Shown one piece after another: positions 26,401 to 39,694 of a stretch of DNA of 64,000 nucleotides. Source of the DNA: Lingula anatina. Lineage: Eukaryota > Animalia > Brachiopoda. Position 1 is the first letter of the stretch; the number at the start of each line of letters is the position of its first letter. Under the pieces are notes generated by a model. It had not been told where the DNA came from, did no database searches, and saw nothing but the letters and a program-made list of their open reading frames with translations. The stretch is from the NCBI GenBank assembly GCA_051362555.1, contig CM120642.1, forward strand, positions 7,006,001-7,070,000. The letters are read 5' to 3'. The translations under genes were made by a program, and so were the position numbers.

Positions 26401-27428
26401 GGCTTCACACTTACCACACGTTGCTCCGTCTTCAGCCAAAACAAGATGGTGTGGACAACTGCATATGGCATCAGTAGTCTCGTTGACCCTGCATATGTGA
26501 CTGCAACCGCCATTGTTGATGTCACAAGCCGAAACTGAAAATAATCAATATTACATGCATTTTGTACACAGAGTATCTTTCATTACATGCTGAATGAAGT
26601 TTGATAAGTGATTTATCAGCATATTCTATCATGTTTAGTGGGTAGGCAAATAATTATGTATTTAAAATTTGACACCTGTTGGCTGGTGTTTTGGCCCTCG
26701 GACAAAAGCAGTAGCGCACGCGCTTGCATATTTAGAGCAATAATAACTCTTCCTTTGATATTCAAAATTCCGCAAGAAATACATTCTAAACAACACACGG
26801 AAATATATTATACTGCATTTCACCACTAAAACGGCTGTTATTGTAGTAAAACTAAGAACTATGCTTGTCAATAGGGCTTTCGGTGCCTTTCTTCCCGGTC
26901 GTCAAGGCATTCGTTGCCAAGGATTTTGGCGCAACACGCGGATTCTCGCGTGCATTCGAGACCAAAATAACTTGTGGCGGGATAAGATATAGCACAATCC
27001 TCAGACATAAGTTGCGAGTTTTTGTACAGTGTGTCGGATAACGAATAGCCCAGAACTGCACACGTTGTGGATATAAATGCATTCTGAGCAATAAGACGAT
27101 TATATCGTATGAATCTTATTTTATTGTAATAAAGTATTGTTGTTGTCTGCTTTTCCCGCGGTTTAAAGTAGGTCATCAGAAAACCCCGCTCGATATGCTA
27201 TGTCAGAGAGAGCTCCGTCAGTTTAAAATTTGACACCTGAAAAAACCAAGTGTTTAGAAAAAAACCTGGACTAACTTTGAATGCAGGAATGGGGTTGGAC
27301 CATTGGTAAGTACGGGAAAATTTCCGTTTACGCCAGGAAAATCCAATTTTTGGCCAAAACGAAGAGTTATTATGACTTTTACTGATAGGCTATGACTTTC
27401 TAAAACACTGTTCATGGGATCCAAATTA

Positions 27429-27472
<44 letters not shown>

Positions 27473-30400
27473 CTTACGACACGTTCTTCCATCAGCTGCC
27501 AAACTCTGACCAGTCGGACAGGTACACTGCGCTTTGCCATCTATTTCCTCACATCCACCAGTACACGTGCTGTTCATACAAGGATCGCTTGTGTTCGTGG
27601 CTTAAAGGGACGAAACAGAAGAAATGGAAGAGTCTAAAAAGATGGAAATATGAATAGGGGTTGCATGTCGTCTTAAATGTTTAAGTAGCAAAGTCAGCAA
27701 ATAGTCAGAGGAGGATCTGTACACTCCTTACTGAACGATTGTCTTGGGATATATTCATTGTACAGACAAGACCATTCCCATAGATTTTTGTATCGATGTA
27801 TCTCCCTGGGGAGTCTCCCTAAATTGCAATCAACTTAACCGGCTTAAATGTCTGTCACGCCTAGTAAAGCTGTAAGGGGTAATTATCTTTACCCTAGCTG
27901 ATTCGGTAGGCGTGACAGACATTTAAGCCTCTTGAGCTGATAGCAATTTATCGTGAACCCCCAGGGAGTTAGGTTGATCCAGATGGATCAATCTAAGTAT
28001 GGGAACCCAGTGTTGAAGTGTTGCGTTTTATCGGTATAAATAGAATACAAATTGTGGCTGCAAAATTGAGTCATTGCAGCCATCTGTACAGGCATCCATT
28101 TTGTACAATTACAACCTACCTCCACAGAAAGTTCGGGTACCAGTTAGCTGAAGTTGTGGTAATTTATACACAAAATATCCTCCAGGGCATTTTTTCACTT
28201 TTACAATGTCATATCTAAAAGTATAGCTTGATGGGCAGCAATTGTAAGAATAGGAGCCTGTTCTGGTACAAATCTTGCGCTCTACAATGTCATCTGGTAT
28301 ATCTGGATGCCCACCAGACAGCCACATCTGTTGGTAACTTCCACATCTGGAAGATGGCGGGCACTAGAAAAATAGTGTAAACACACTATCACAATAAAGT
28401 AAGTTTTTTTATCGTGCGCGCGTGTGCATACAAGCACGCACACGTGTGTCTGTGTATAAACAGTTTGGTTATTTATTTAAGGAGTGTCACTTGTTTCTTC
28501 TTTTCACTATTCATGTACCTGCCAAAGTAAATACCTTTAAAATTTACTTGTTTTACTTTTTTATAGTTTTTATCAAATGATAAGAGCTTTTTAAACCACG
28601 GGAATAAATTAATTAAAGACAAGTTTAAACGCCCAACTTCCACATACGTGAGAGTGTTCTAAGCATTTATTATGTCTTGATTTTGAGTTGTTAATGGACG
28701 CGTACTCGGCCTTTGGGTTTTTGTTTGATCAATTTTAACTTCGTTGCATGTTGAGCAGATTTCAAAGCATATGTCATTTTTGGTTAAACATATAATATTG
28801 TCTTTAATTGTTAATATTTTGGTCCGTTTTCAGTGTTAGAGATACACATGTTAGTGCTGATCATGTCCTACATTCGATTTTTAGTTGCTTGTTAATCTTT
28901 GACGAGTGTTTTTGTTTTGTTCCTTCAAATTTGGCACTTAACGGCAACTTTTGATTCTTATTATTGTCTCTGTGTTTCATTAATTTTTTAGAGTTGGAAT
29001 ACACTTTTTTCACTGAGTTGTAATGTTGCGATCCTTGATTGTTAACAAAGGCAAAAATCAACCAAACAACATAATTTAGAACAACGCACAACAAGAATAA
29101 AAGGGATGCAGAAGAAAATAAAAATAGGGCCTTGATTTTACTGCAACATTTCTCAGGTGACAGTACAGGAAAGTTGGTAACGAAAAGTTTGGAAGATTGT
29201 TGTATATATATCGAAAAATTTAACTGAATGAATATTGTAAGTGTGTAGTGCATTTTGGTATAGATATACATATATTTGGGGAAGCTTAGGCTCGTTGAGC
29301 AACCCCACCGCTTCCCAAACTGCCGTTCCATTTAATACGTACGGTGTCTGCCATTCTATTTCCTGCTTTCCCTTGGAATCTGTACCAGCCTTCCCAACTG
29401 ACATATTCATCATTATGTTGCTGATTGTAAGTGGCTCGAACGTTTCGCCATTCCTGATCAAGTACTCTGTGTTTCAAGCAGGGATCCACTGGAACAATGT
29501 ATTTAGGTATAAAGCGCGATTCAAACAGCCATAATTGAATAATGAGAAGTTTTACATCTCTGGTGTTAGACTAGGGTAGGGTAAATCTCAAATTTTTATG
29601 ACGTGTGTTATGAAGTGAAATTTACTGCTGAACACAAACCTGACAACTACAACAATTACTGAGGTAGTTAAATTGACAATTTTCAAAATGACAGTCAAAA
29701 CAGCCTAGGTGGAGTTTCATCAACAAAAATTAAAGGTACTACAGTGAGCCATGTTTCTTTTCTTGTTTGAAAGCTTGTAAATGTAGAATCCATTTATAAT
29801 ACTGCGATTGGTACATTTCAGAGTTAGTTCAGTTACCAGGTGAGGTGACAGAATACTGCCAAGCTAGACTGAAGAGCCAGAGCTTCGAATGAAGCACAGG
29901 ATTTCTATGACATGTTGAACATTGTCATTACAAACATCAGTTAATCAAAATATTTGAAATTCACACAATCCTATCCAATACAGGTATATACATGTGTATA
30001 TCGTTACACATGCTTTGACCCATATTGCCTCTAAGACACCTGCTCCTCTAGAATTTTCTATAAAAATATTACTTACCCTACCCTACTAAGACGGAGCAAA
30101 ATGCTTCGTAACCACAGCAGTTAAAAAATCTCTATAACTTAATTCTTGGACCTCTAGTTACATTTTTGCTTTACGATTTAAATGACGTCAAAATCATTTA
30201 CCGCATGTTTTTTGGTCCGTTGACAGCTCCGTGCCGTTGGGACAGGAACATACTTTGCTGCCTGGGATTGGTTGATTGCAGAAGTCACTGCATCCACCGT
30301 TATCATATAAACACGGATTTACTGTAAAAGCAAATATATATGTATATATTATGATTTGGAACATGATGACGCTCCCCGACTGGCCGAGAGCGGTCACACG

Positions 30401-32186
30401 CAGGTTGATATCAGATCACATTGAACTCCTAGCCGGTGGATGTTTAATTGGATTTTTTAAGAAAAAAAAACTCGACTATGAGCATAGAATCCAGGACCTC
30501 TCGGTTCCGAGTTCAGCCCGCAGACCACCAGGCGTTCACACCATTTAACAAATAAGAGCGAAAAAATTATTCAGCAAAACTGGACACTTATCTTATTCTT
30601 AAATGTTTCAAAGTACGTACGTACGGTGTATCTCTCTATCACTGTTATACTTTTAAAGAATACATAAAGTAATTGTTTTTGACTATCTTGGTCTGCCATG
30701 TTGGAACTTAGTATTTTTCACGGGCGTATGAATCAATGTTTCTAATGTCAACAAAAATGAGGCTGCGTTAAAGGGGTTTTACGAGATGCACCTTTATTTT
30801 ACTGATACATTTGTGTAGGCCTACTCAACTTCAAGTATATTTTTCTCAGTGCCTGCTTAAGCCCCTATTTCACACAGACCACGAATCCCACGAATGGGCA
30901 TGAATTGACAAATTTCACGATTCGTGGTTGAATCGTAATCAGTTCGTGAAGTTCTTAACAGATTCGTATCTATTCGTAGTCAGCTCTTGCACTTCTTGAC
31001 CAACAGGAATTGGTGGCAAAAACTTTGATGCCCCTATTTCACACAGACCACGAATCCCACGAATCGCCAGGAATTGAAAATTTCAGGATTCGTGGTTGAA
31101 TCGTAATCAGTTCGTGAAGTTCTTAGCAGATTCGTATATAATCGTAGTCAGTTATTGCAATTCTTGATCAATCGGGAATTCGTGGCAAAAATTTCAAAGT
31201 TTTGGCCACGAACTCCCGATTCCAAAAAATCGTAGTGAATTTCTGGACAATATTCGTGCGATTCCAACCGAATCCCACGAATATTCGTAACACTATCGCA
31301 CCTGTATCGTAACTGAATCGTAGAGCGTGTCGAATTAGACCAGAAAATAAGCAAAATCTCACGATTCCAGCCGAATCCCACGAATATTCGTAACACTATC
31401 GTACCTGTATCGTAACTGAATCGTGTTCGTGTCGAATTAGACCAAAAAATTGGCAAAATCTCACGAATCCTCCCGAATCCTGAAATTTGTCAATTCCTGG
31501 CGATTCGTGGGATTCGTGGTCTGTGTGAAATAGGGGCCTTACGAAGGTTTGCGAATTACATTCAAAGAAAATGCAGTCTTGCCATGTTTCGTGTAAAGCA
31601 TTTGAGTGTTTCTTATAACCAAATCGTCTTACTTATCATGAGGCCTTTTAATATTACAAAAATAGCAAAGGACTAAAAGACGTCACGATTTTTTTGTTTT
31701 TCAACTTTTAAATGCCGGGTGAGGCCGCGAAAGTAGCCGTAAGCTATTTATTGCGTTATTTAAAATAAATATCCGAGACATTTTCTGAGACGTTATACAG
31801 CATACTTGCTTCTTGACAAGTTGCAAACTTTATTTTTTATTAAAATATACAAGATAGATTGGAGAATGTGAGATAGTGCTGAGAGCGACAGTAACGAAGG
31901 TTTGAATTTAAGTTCGTTTATGTGTTTTTGTCAGAACAAATGAATCTACTAATTATTTCTTCGGTGATTAAAGTTGCTTGACTGATTTGAATAAAATCCC
32001 AATTCTTCTGCTCGCATGCTTTTGATAAGTAAAAAAAGTTAGATGGACTTACCCGGTATATATATATTGAGAATCAGCGAAATCAAGTAGTCGAATTACT
32101 TGAGATCATTTTAATCATTTAATATTTGGGAACATCTGAGGTTGACGGAGGGGTTTCTCGCAATTTCCATCTCTTCCAAAAAGAGA

Positions 32187-32217
<31 letters not shown>

Positions 32218-35200
32218 TTCATTTAATCTACTTTAATAATCGGATGTATCTCAGGAACAAATTACTTAGTGGCCAATTTAAATTTTCTTTATCATTAAAT
32301 ACCTGTATATGATGTATTTGATAACAATAAACTATTGATACATTTCTGTAAATGACGAAACCAAGGCAATTTGTGTTTTTTGATAAAGAAATAATTATTT
32401 GGGCATGTTTTCTGAAGGATATGCTACGGTCAAGCCATTCTGATGATGATACCCTTTCAGCACCATATGGTGCAGGATTTTCGACATGTTTTAACGTTTA
32501 TATACCAATGTACTTTCGAAGTGTACTTATCTCACTAGAATATATTTATGTATGAAATATTAACAAATCTTGTCTGATTAAACTTCATTCGACTTTTTCG
32601 ACTTTCTTCTCAAGCTACTAGTTTTCTTTTTTAAGAAAAAAGAGAATAGATTTTGTATTTAAAATCTACAGTTAAATCCTGACTTGTTATAGAGTGCCTA
32701 CATTGAAGAGAAAAATCAACGAAGTTTACATTATTTTTTTGGTAAAACCATTCGATTTGTACAGGAAATTTTCTTTAAAGTGCTAACATGAGTGAAGAGC
32801 TTTTGACATACTTTATATGTCATGTTTTTAGATACTTAATTTAATAATAAGGCTTTTTTGTGACTTGCAGTAGAAACCAAAGTGAAAAACATGAATTTGC
32901 CACAGTTCGTATATTTCGTTGAATTTTTCAATCAACCCGGAAGGGGGGTCCCCAAAAATGTAAAAAAAAAAAAAAAAACAGGCTGTTCCCATTTTTGCGA
33001 GTGTTAAATATTGGGAGCGTTATAAACCCCAAATATGGCAAAGTGATTATTTTTGGGCCCGTTAAATTCACATACCTTGTCATTATGCCATGATTTGAAC
33101 ATAGAGGCTGGGAATTTTCCCTATCACTGTGGTGATCCTTTTTCGTTACACTGATCGTAACTATTATGAACAAAGCAGAAGAAAGATAGAAAAGAGCTTA
33201 TAATTATTACGGCAAAAGAGGCCTCATTGCTGGTTAACAAATTTGACAAGGACAAGAAGTTATTTTTATAACTGCACGGCGCCTTACGAACAATTGGTTC
33301 ATTAACGGTGTTCAATATTTATTTTTTAGAATTTATGTAAACAAAACCTATAAGCATGAATTATGGAGATGGGTTGAAACGATGGGTAATTGGTGTGAGG
33401 GCCTGCAACATTTAAGATCTGTCCAATCTTGTGAAGATCGGTCGACATTCTATCGGTGCAACTCTTGTACAGTCCTCTATAGTCTACTATCGGTACAACC
33501 GTTTTCCAATTATCAAGTGCTTGTTGAAACGTTATTTATCGCCCAGCAAACGGTATGCGACTGCTGACCAACGATTTCCATGTGGCATTTTAGTTGGTTG
33601 CGGATACAACATTGGTCAAAAAGGTTGTCCCACCTTCATTATCACGTGCTTTTATTTATAAATGATCACATCACAGGTGAAAATTGTTATAAATAGTGAT
33701 TTTCATTCCAGATATCATAACTAACATGATTAATGATACAGAAAATACAAACTAGCGGTGAAGATATCAATGTTTAATACGATTTATTCACATTTATTAC
33801 ATGTACCCCCTCAAATCCGACGTTTCGCTGTGATTTTTCACAGAGGTAAAGCAATATCCATTAAATTGAAATGGCAACACCAAATATCACCAAATTTACA
33901 CACATTAAGCATTAGGGTGTGCTCTTTAAAGACGCCTTGTCTTATAGCGTTGGTATTTAGAACGTACTGCAATTACCTTCCGTAGGTTGCACGGCCTGCC
34001 TTCAACAAGGGTAACAATTCTGTTTTATGAGATATTGTCCCATTCTTTCTAAAGAGCCGGGTTATTAAGAGTTTGGTTTTCCTTTGCATTGCAACTTTCA
34101 GTTTATTCCACAGATGTTTAGTAAGGTTAATAACAGGGCTAATAGGTGGTTGCTCCATCCTCTGAACATTGGGTTTCTGCAACAAATCACTCAGCAGACG
34201 ATCGTTGTGAGCAAGTGCATTTCCACTATGACGCCTGCAGTATCCCTGAAGTCACCTCTTACAAATGGAGCGAGATATTTGTTGATAAATTTTCAGTGAG
34301 TTGGCCCAATAATCCAGAGGATAACCAAACCCCAAATAGTCCAGACCATTTCGTCAAGCTTTTAGGAAACATGGGGCAATATCCCACAAAACAGAATTGT
34401 TACCCTTGTTGAAGGCAGTGGCGCAGTCTACAGGAGATAATTACAGTACGCGGTAAACACTCACACTAATAGCCAGTGACCTTTAACGAGCACACCCTAA
34501 TGTTAAATGTGTGTAAATTTGGTGACATTTGGTGGTGCCATTTCAATTTAATGGGCATTTCTATACTTCCGTGGAAATGACAGTGATTGAGGGGGTACAT
34601 GTCATAAATGTGAATAAATGGTATTAAATATGGATATCTTTACCCCTAGTTTGTATTTTCTGTACCACTAATCATGTTAGTTATGGTATATGGAATGAAA
34701 ATCATCATTCATACTAGCAATTAACTCCTGTGATGTGATCATTTATAAATAAAAGCACATGAAACTGGGGGTGGGACAACCTTTTTGACCAATGTTGTAT
34801 ATGTACCATACAGCAACCTTGATGCAAACGGGTTTCAACTGGTTGCCTATCAAATTATGTCAAGACCTTATATTCAGCTTGCAAACTGATCACAAGCGTC
34901 CGGTAAATTATGTGGTTGCTAAAAAGTTGCCAAAAAGTAGCAAGCGCAGTGTGGCGCTGGTACTAGAAGAAATCAAGATGTTTCCATATTTGCGATGGAA
35001 TGGTAAGGACGTGCATGGCTAATTTATTACTTTACGTACCGCACTTATCACTTGCACCATCAGCTGGGCATGTGCACTGCGCACTTCCATTCTTGACGTC
35101 ACATCCAAGGATGCAATGGGCATCATTGCAGGTCTCACTTTTCTCCCTAACTGGAATGATCCAGGAAAAGAACAACTTAACACTGTGCTGTTCAAAGACG

Positions 35201-38200
35201 AAGTTAAATTATATGTAACTATGGGCATTGGCACACAAAAGTGACTACACATCGCACACGTCGCACAGCTATTATACAAAGATAAGAATCAGGATGAATG
35301 ACTAAATCAGCGTGCTGATTTTCGATATCTGCTCGTCAAATGATTTCCTCATTTGTTCTTTGATGAATTGGCAGGACTGTATCTTACGTTAAACTTAAAT
35401 ACATTGCGGTATTAGTTTCTAGAGATAATCATAAATACCTCCACAAAAAGCTCTGCTCCCAATGGACTGTAGATTTGGAAAACTGTAAACATAGTAGCCA
35501 CCAGGACATTTCCGCACATACACATATTCTTCCTCAACTAATCCGCTGTACTGATTTTGTGTCGCGCAGCACTTTTCCTTATGATAAGTGCAGAGACGTC
35601 TCTTTACAACCCCTTCTGTTTCTTCCGGATGGCCCCCAGAAATGTGCATCGCGTACCCGCCACTGCACCCATATGAACGGCACTGAAACGCATAAACAGA
35701 AAGTGTAATTTTAATTAAATTTTGATTGTCAGGCAAAAGAAAGTTGAAGCTTAAGTCTTATGTTTCATGAATCTAAACAGTATAGCAGTTAAATTTTAAT
35801 ACTCTGCGTTATCTGGAGTCTATTAATTATATTTGTCTAATTTCAAAAATCATTTGGGATTAATCATATCTTTCAAGTGCATAGGTATTTCATTTACACT
35901 AAAAATATATTTTGGTGTAGAAAAGGATTTTCTTTTTGCACATTGTTAAATATGTTATTCTCTTCTCATTTTCAAGTGAGCGACTATAAAGAAAATACAT
36001 CCGAGATAACAAGAAAGCATCGGCATGGCATTGGTCTTATGTCAATTAGGCCACATAATTTATGTTGAATGATGTTCATGTGAAGGACTGCAGCTTATAA
36101 GCGAAACATCCATAAGACTCGTGAAGTAATGCTTATCAATTTCTAAGAATTGTTGTTGTAAAGTGCGTAGGGAACTTTCTCTTCTAATTAATAACGTTAT
36201 CAGGCCTACCCAACTACCAGACTCGACACCGAATGATCCAGAATTCACCAATAAATCGGACCACACTACCCGTTTTCAAGGTGTGTATCAGATCGCATTA
36301 CACAGTATCAGACGCGACACCGCTCTTGCCTAGTACGCGATGTGATAGTGACAGGTGATGGGTTGAAAAGCATTGCATCACCACTCAAAATTTGTTCAGG
36401 GTATGATACTGTGTAATGCGATCTGATACACACCTTGAAAACGGGTAGTGTGGTCTGATCTACCGGTGAATTCTGGATCATTCGGTGCCGAGTCTGGTAG
36501 TTGGGTAGGCCTGGTTATGGGTGACAATGAATCTTTTTAGCACCAAGATATATGTAGGTATCATGCACTAAACACTGACACTATTTTTACCACTTTTATG
36601 ACCTACAGCGTTGCTTTCTAGTGTCAAAATCGTATTTGAAAATGGCATTTGTTTCTGCTTGCTAGAATCTTTTTTTTAGACGGGCTTCCAGACTACATAT
36701 GTAGCATGTATGGGCGCGAGGGCCATCCCCCTATTCCCCTCCCCCAACATAGAAAAATGTAGTTTCTTGGCACTAGAACCTCTCTTGAATCATTTAATTA
36801 CTAAGTTTACCATACAATGAAGACGAAGCATCCAAGGGTCGTGACTCCCCCCCCCCCCTCCCGACCCGCTAATCCTGACCGTGGAAGCTGATCGCTGGTC
36901 TTTTAAAAAACGACAGAGAGAGACAACAGTTTTTGCAGTGAAGAATGCCAGGTCGCCGAAGACTTCGGCGAAGACAGGGGCGGATCCAGAGATATTTTCT
37001 TACAGTCTTCCAAATTATCTCTGTTGATCCATCCTCCATTTTTGAACGTCCTCCGACAGAAAAATTAAATACCCGTCAATGCAAACTTCAAAATCTGACC
37101 GTCTTCCGGAAGACCCAGAAGACGGCCTAAATCCGCCCCCGGCCAAAGTCACAGATTGCCGATTCTCTCGGTTCCCGCGCACGGCCATAACACTGCACTG
37201 CCGGTCGTCTTCCACCTCTTTTCCGGCTGTGTAATGAGTTACAATTATCGTGTTTGAGAAACGAAACTGTGAACTAGACACGAAGACAGTAACTCCGGCA
37301 TCCCCTTTGACCGTTGACGTGTGGTTGAGACCAAGAGCTCATTCCCTGGGGACTGTTGACATCACTTGCATATATACCACCCAGCGACCATAGGCAAATG
37401 GCACTAACGACAAAAGCATGCTTGTTGTCCAAGTTGTTCAAGCCGAATGTTAAAGAAATTAAAGGTTAAAATTTGATGGCTTTGTGTTAACACGGATATG
37501 TGACGAAAGCAGGGAGCGTCTGGTTCTTGTAGGAGTTAAACAAAATGCGTGTTCGCATGAAGCGGTCGTAGAAAGGTGGCATCACGGTGTTAACATAGCT
37601 TCCAGACAATGATTATTAATAAGCAGTTTAGTTGAACGATCGAAGATACGACACAAATACAAAAAGCGACCTACCTCTTCCACCATTTTGTTCCCTGCCT
37701 TGCCCATAAACCTATACCAGCCATGCCATACACGGTTTGTATCGCTAAATTTGTATGAAGTGGAGGTATAACCTCGCCATTCCTCATCCAGTATGTTGTA
37801 GTTATCACATGGGTCATCTGAAAACGGTATATATTATATACGCCAATATATATTTTGCTAATTCCCTACCTTTCTAATATGTAACATAATATGGCACCGT
37901 ATATCATGTAAAGATTTCATATTTTGACAATTAAAGAAGAGGTGGATAGAGATTGTACTGTCTCATTGTAACGAAATAATGGTAAATTAATTGTTCTGGC
38001 CACAGATATCTATTATTCGGTCGCTTAAGTACCCAAAATAGCATATTCGGGATGCGTTCGCAATTGTATCTTTTTAAAAATGTAATAAGTTACGTCAAGC
38101 AAACATTTATCGAGCCGCCAGTAATTTATCGATTTATCATTTTGTTTAATCATACAGAAAACAACTTGACGAGCTGATTCTCCTTTCAATTGCCACGTAG

Positions 38201-38210
38201 GGCTGAAAAT

Positions 38211-38276
<66 letters not shown>

Positions 38277-39316
38277 GAGAATGCGATGTTAACATGAAAA
38301 ATATCAGACTTGAAAATAAGCAGTTTTCACAACCCTTAACTTTAAGAATTTCACTGAATTCTGACGCAAGTGCCCCTAGTGTCATTGGTCATTTTGGCCT
38401 CTTATAGCCCAACACAGAACCTTATTTGTAGCTGTGGTCACAGCTGTTTAAATGATACAGGCGTTAGATACCGTTCTTGTAGGAGAAGATTAAAATACCG
38501 AGCACTTTCTAGAGCAAAATAAACGTAGAGGCGAACGACAAGTATTTTATTTAATTGTTTTGACAATTAATTTTGTTTGAATTGCCATAATGAAAAAGGT
38601 AAATACCCTGAGTGCTGAATACTTGCTGCATGGAATATGAAATACATGTTGGTTTGAACAAAATTGACGAACACTGATTTAATTGTTAAGAAGATTTTAC
38701 CAGCTTTAAGAGAACAGCGCGGGGATATTCTTAGTGAGAAAATTAAGTTTTCGTTGTAAACGTTTTTTTAAATGCACGGTAAGCATTATTCATTCTTATT
38801 AAAAGATTAACTACTTATGCAATCTGCCTTTTGTCCCCTACGACCTTTTAAAGATAAAATAAGACTATAATAGAGCCCTTAATACCAAAACTTTTGTAAT
38901 ATTTAACAATCGTGGCGTAAGCTACTCGTTACAATCTGCAACAAGTTTTTCGTGCGAAACCGTTTCAAGCAATCGTTCATTCCTGTTAAATTTGAGTTTT
39001 GGATACTAAATTTATTTTTTTCTGTAAAAAGTAATCATATCTTTCCATATTTAGATAAAAATGATATATTTATCAAGCACTTTGCTTATCCGTCTAGCTA
39101 TCTAACAACCCAGCTCTCTTGTTGTAATCATTAGTAGTCCTTTCGTCGAAAAGTCAACGCATATTAATATGGTCCCATATATTTACCTCCAACATGTGCA
39201 TATAAGAATAACTAATTCATATACAAAACAAAATTTTTGCAGCAGGAGGACAACTTACCTACTGATGACGAATATGCAGAGCCAATAATGAGTAATATGC
39301 AGACACATAAATTCAT
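23401..39316 (-). CDS. Gene A2: paralog of A1, ~754 aa, same architecture
   Basis: 14 exons in frame: 39259-39316, 37675-37817, 35439-35682, 35040-35150, 30202-30321, 29343-29488, 28120-28363, 27478-27600, 26415-26534, 25909-26028, 25367-25483, 25037-25159, 24622-24652, 23401-23965 (2265 nt). Confidence 0.92.
26661..27239. mobile_element. Insertion bounded by 18-bp direct repeats (possibly Crypton-like)
   Basis: tttaaaatttgacacctg at 26661 and 27222; CpG-richer interior; the matching A1 intron is only 202 bp versus 943 bp here. Confidence 0.45.
27773..27987. mobile_element. Fold-back MITE; second copy in opposite orientation at 40998-41179
   Basis: ggcttaaatgtctgtcacgccta / taggcgtgacagacatttaagcc arms; 40998-41179 matches its reverse complement. 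Confidence 0.7.
29572..30085. mobile_element. Putative non-autonomous DNA element with 13-bp TIR
   Basis: tagggtagggtaa ... ttaccctacccta; the matching A1 intron is ~490 bp shorter. Confidence 0.55.
30370..30545 (-). mobile_element. Possible degenerate tRNA-derived SINE
   Basis: Minus strand begins tggtgtgaacgcctggtgg (A-box-like) ... gaggtcctggattctatgc (B-box-like). Confidence 0.35.
30860..31538. mobile_element. PIF/Harbinger-like MITE with a duplicated left end and internal tandem repeats
   Basis: TIR gcccctatttcacacagaccacgaatcccacgaat at 30861 and again at 31030; reverse complement ends ~31538; TTA on both sides; ~104-bp internal repeat at 31258-31465. Confidence 0.85.
33607..34797. 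mobile_element. Non-autonomous Tc1/mariner fold-back element with ~400-bp inverted arms
   Basis: TA flanks; TIR caacattggtcaaaaaggttgtcccacc; decayed transposase C-terminus [20 protein letters not shown] (cf. WPxxSPDLNPIEHLW) on - and [14 protein letters not shown] on +. Confidence 0.88.
36201..36513. mobile_element. 313-bp fold-back MITE; left-truncated inverted copy at 41437-41710
   Basis: caggcctacccaactaccagactcg.. / ..cgagtctggtagttgggtaggcctg with ~110-bp arms; gttat on both sides. Confidence 0.85.
38214..38275. repeat. (TA)n microsatellite; others at ~27430-27470 and ~50958-51023, (CA)n ~2747-2768 and ~39663-39697, (TAAA)n ~43165-43207, (GTA)n ~61002-61035, (TG)n ~61525-61564
   Basis: Directly visible. 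Confidence 0.95.
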
Positions 39317-39571
39317 GTTCATTCAGGGTTCTCTTAGACAGTAATGTCTTTTGGAACGACCACATCTGCTTTTGTAGACTCATTCTCCTGGCGCAACGTA
39401 TTTGTGAACGTAAAAGCTAGCCAATGGTAACGTTTTGCCATATCAGTTAGACCTGATGCTAAAATCTCACGGATAAATGTTACCTTAACTTGTTAGTCAG
39501 TGTGAAGTAACTCAGTCTTTTCACCCACAGCGCGGTAACCAAATCTGTGTTTCAAATATAACGAAGAGACA
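39317..39571. promoter_or_regulatory. Putative bidirectional promoter of A2/B2 (255 bp between ATGs)
   Basis: Aligns with 15193-15426: tgtcttttggaac, caacgtatttgt, ccaatggta, tatcagtt, gataaatgtta, ctcagtc; the TATAAAA of copy 1 reads CGTAAAA here. Confidence 0.7.
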
Positions 39572-39662
39572 ATGAGCGTCGGTTGGCGGATCTTAGTTTT
39601 TGTTCTTCTTGCTATCGTTGCGTGTGCTGAAATCGGTGAGTCAATGTCGTGCTATACATTTA

Positions 39663-39694
<32 letters not shown>

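Noticed and set aside
31148-31465. CRISPR-like or coding repeat array
   Set aside because: There are no unique spacers; the repeats are internal to a TIR-bounded MITE in eukaryotic DNA
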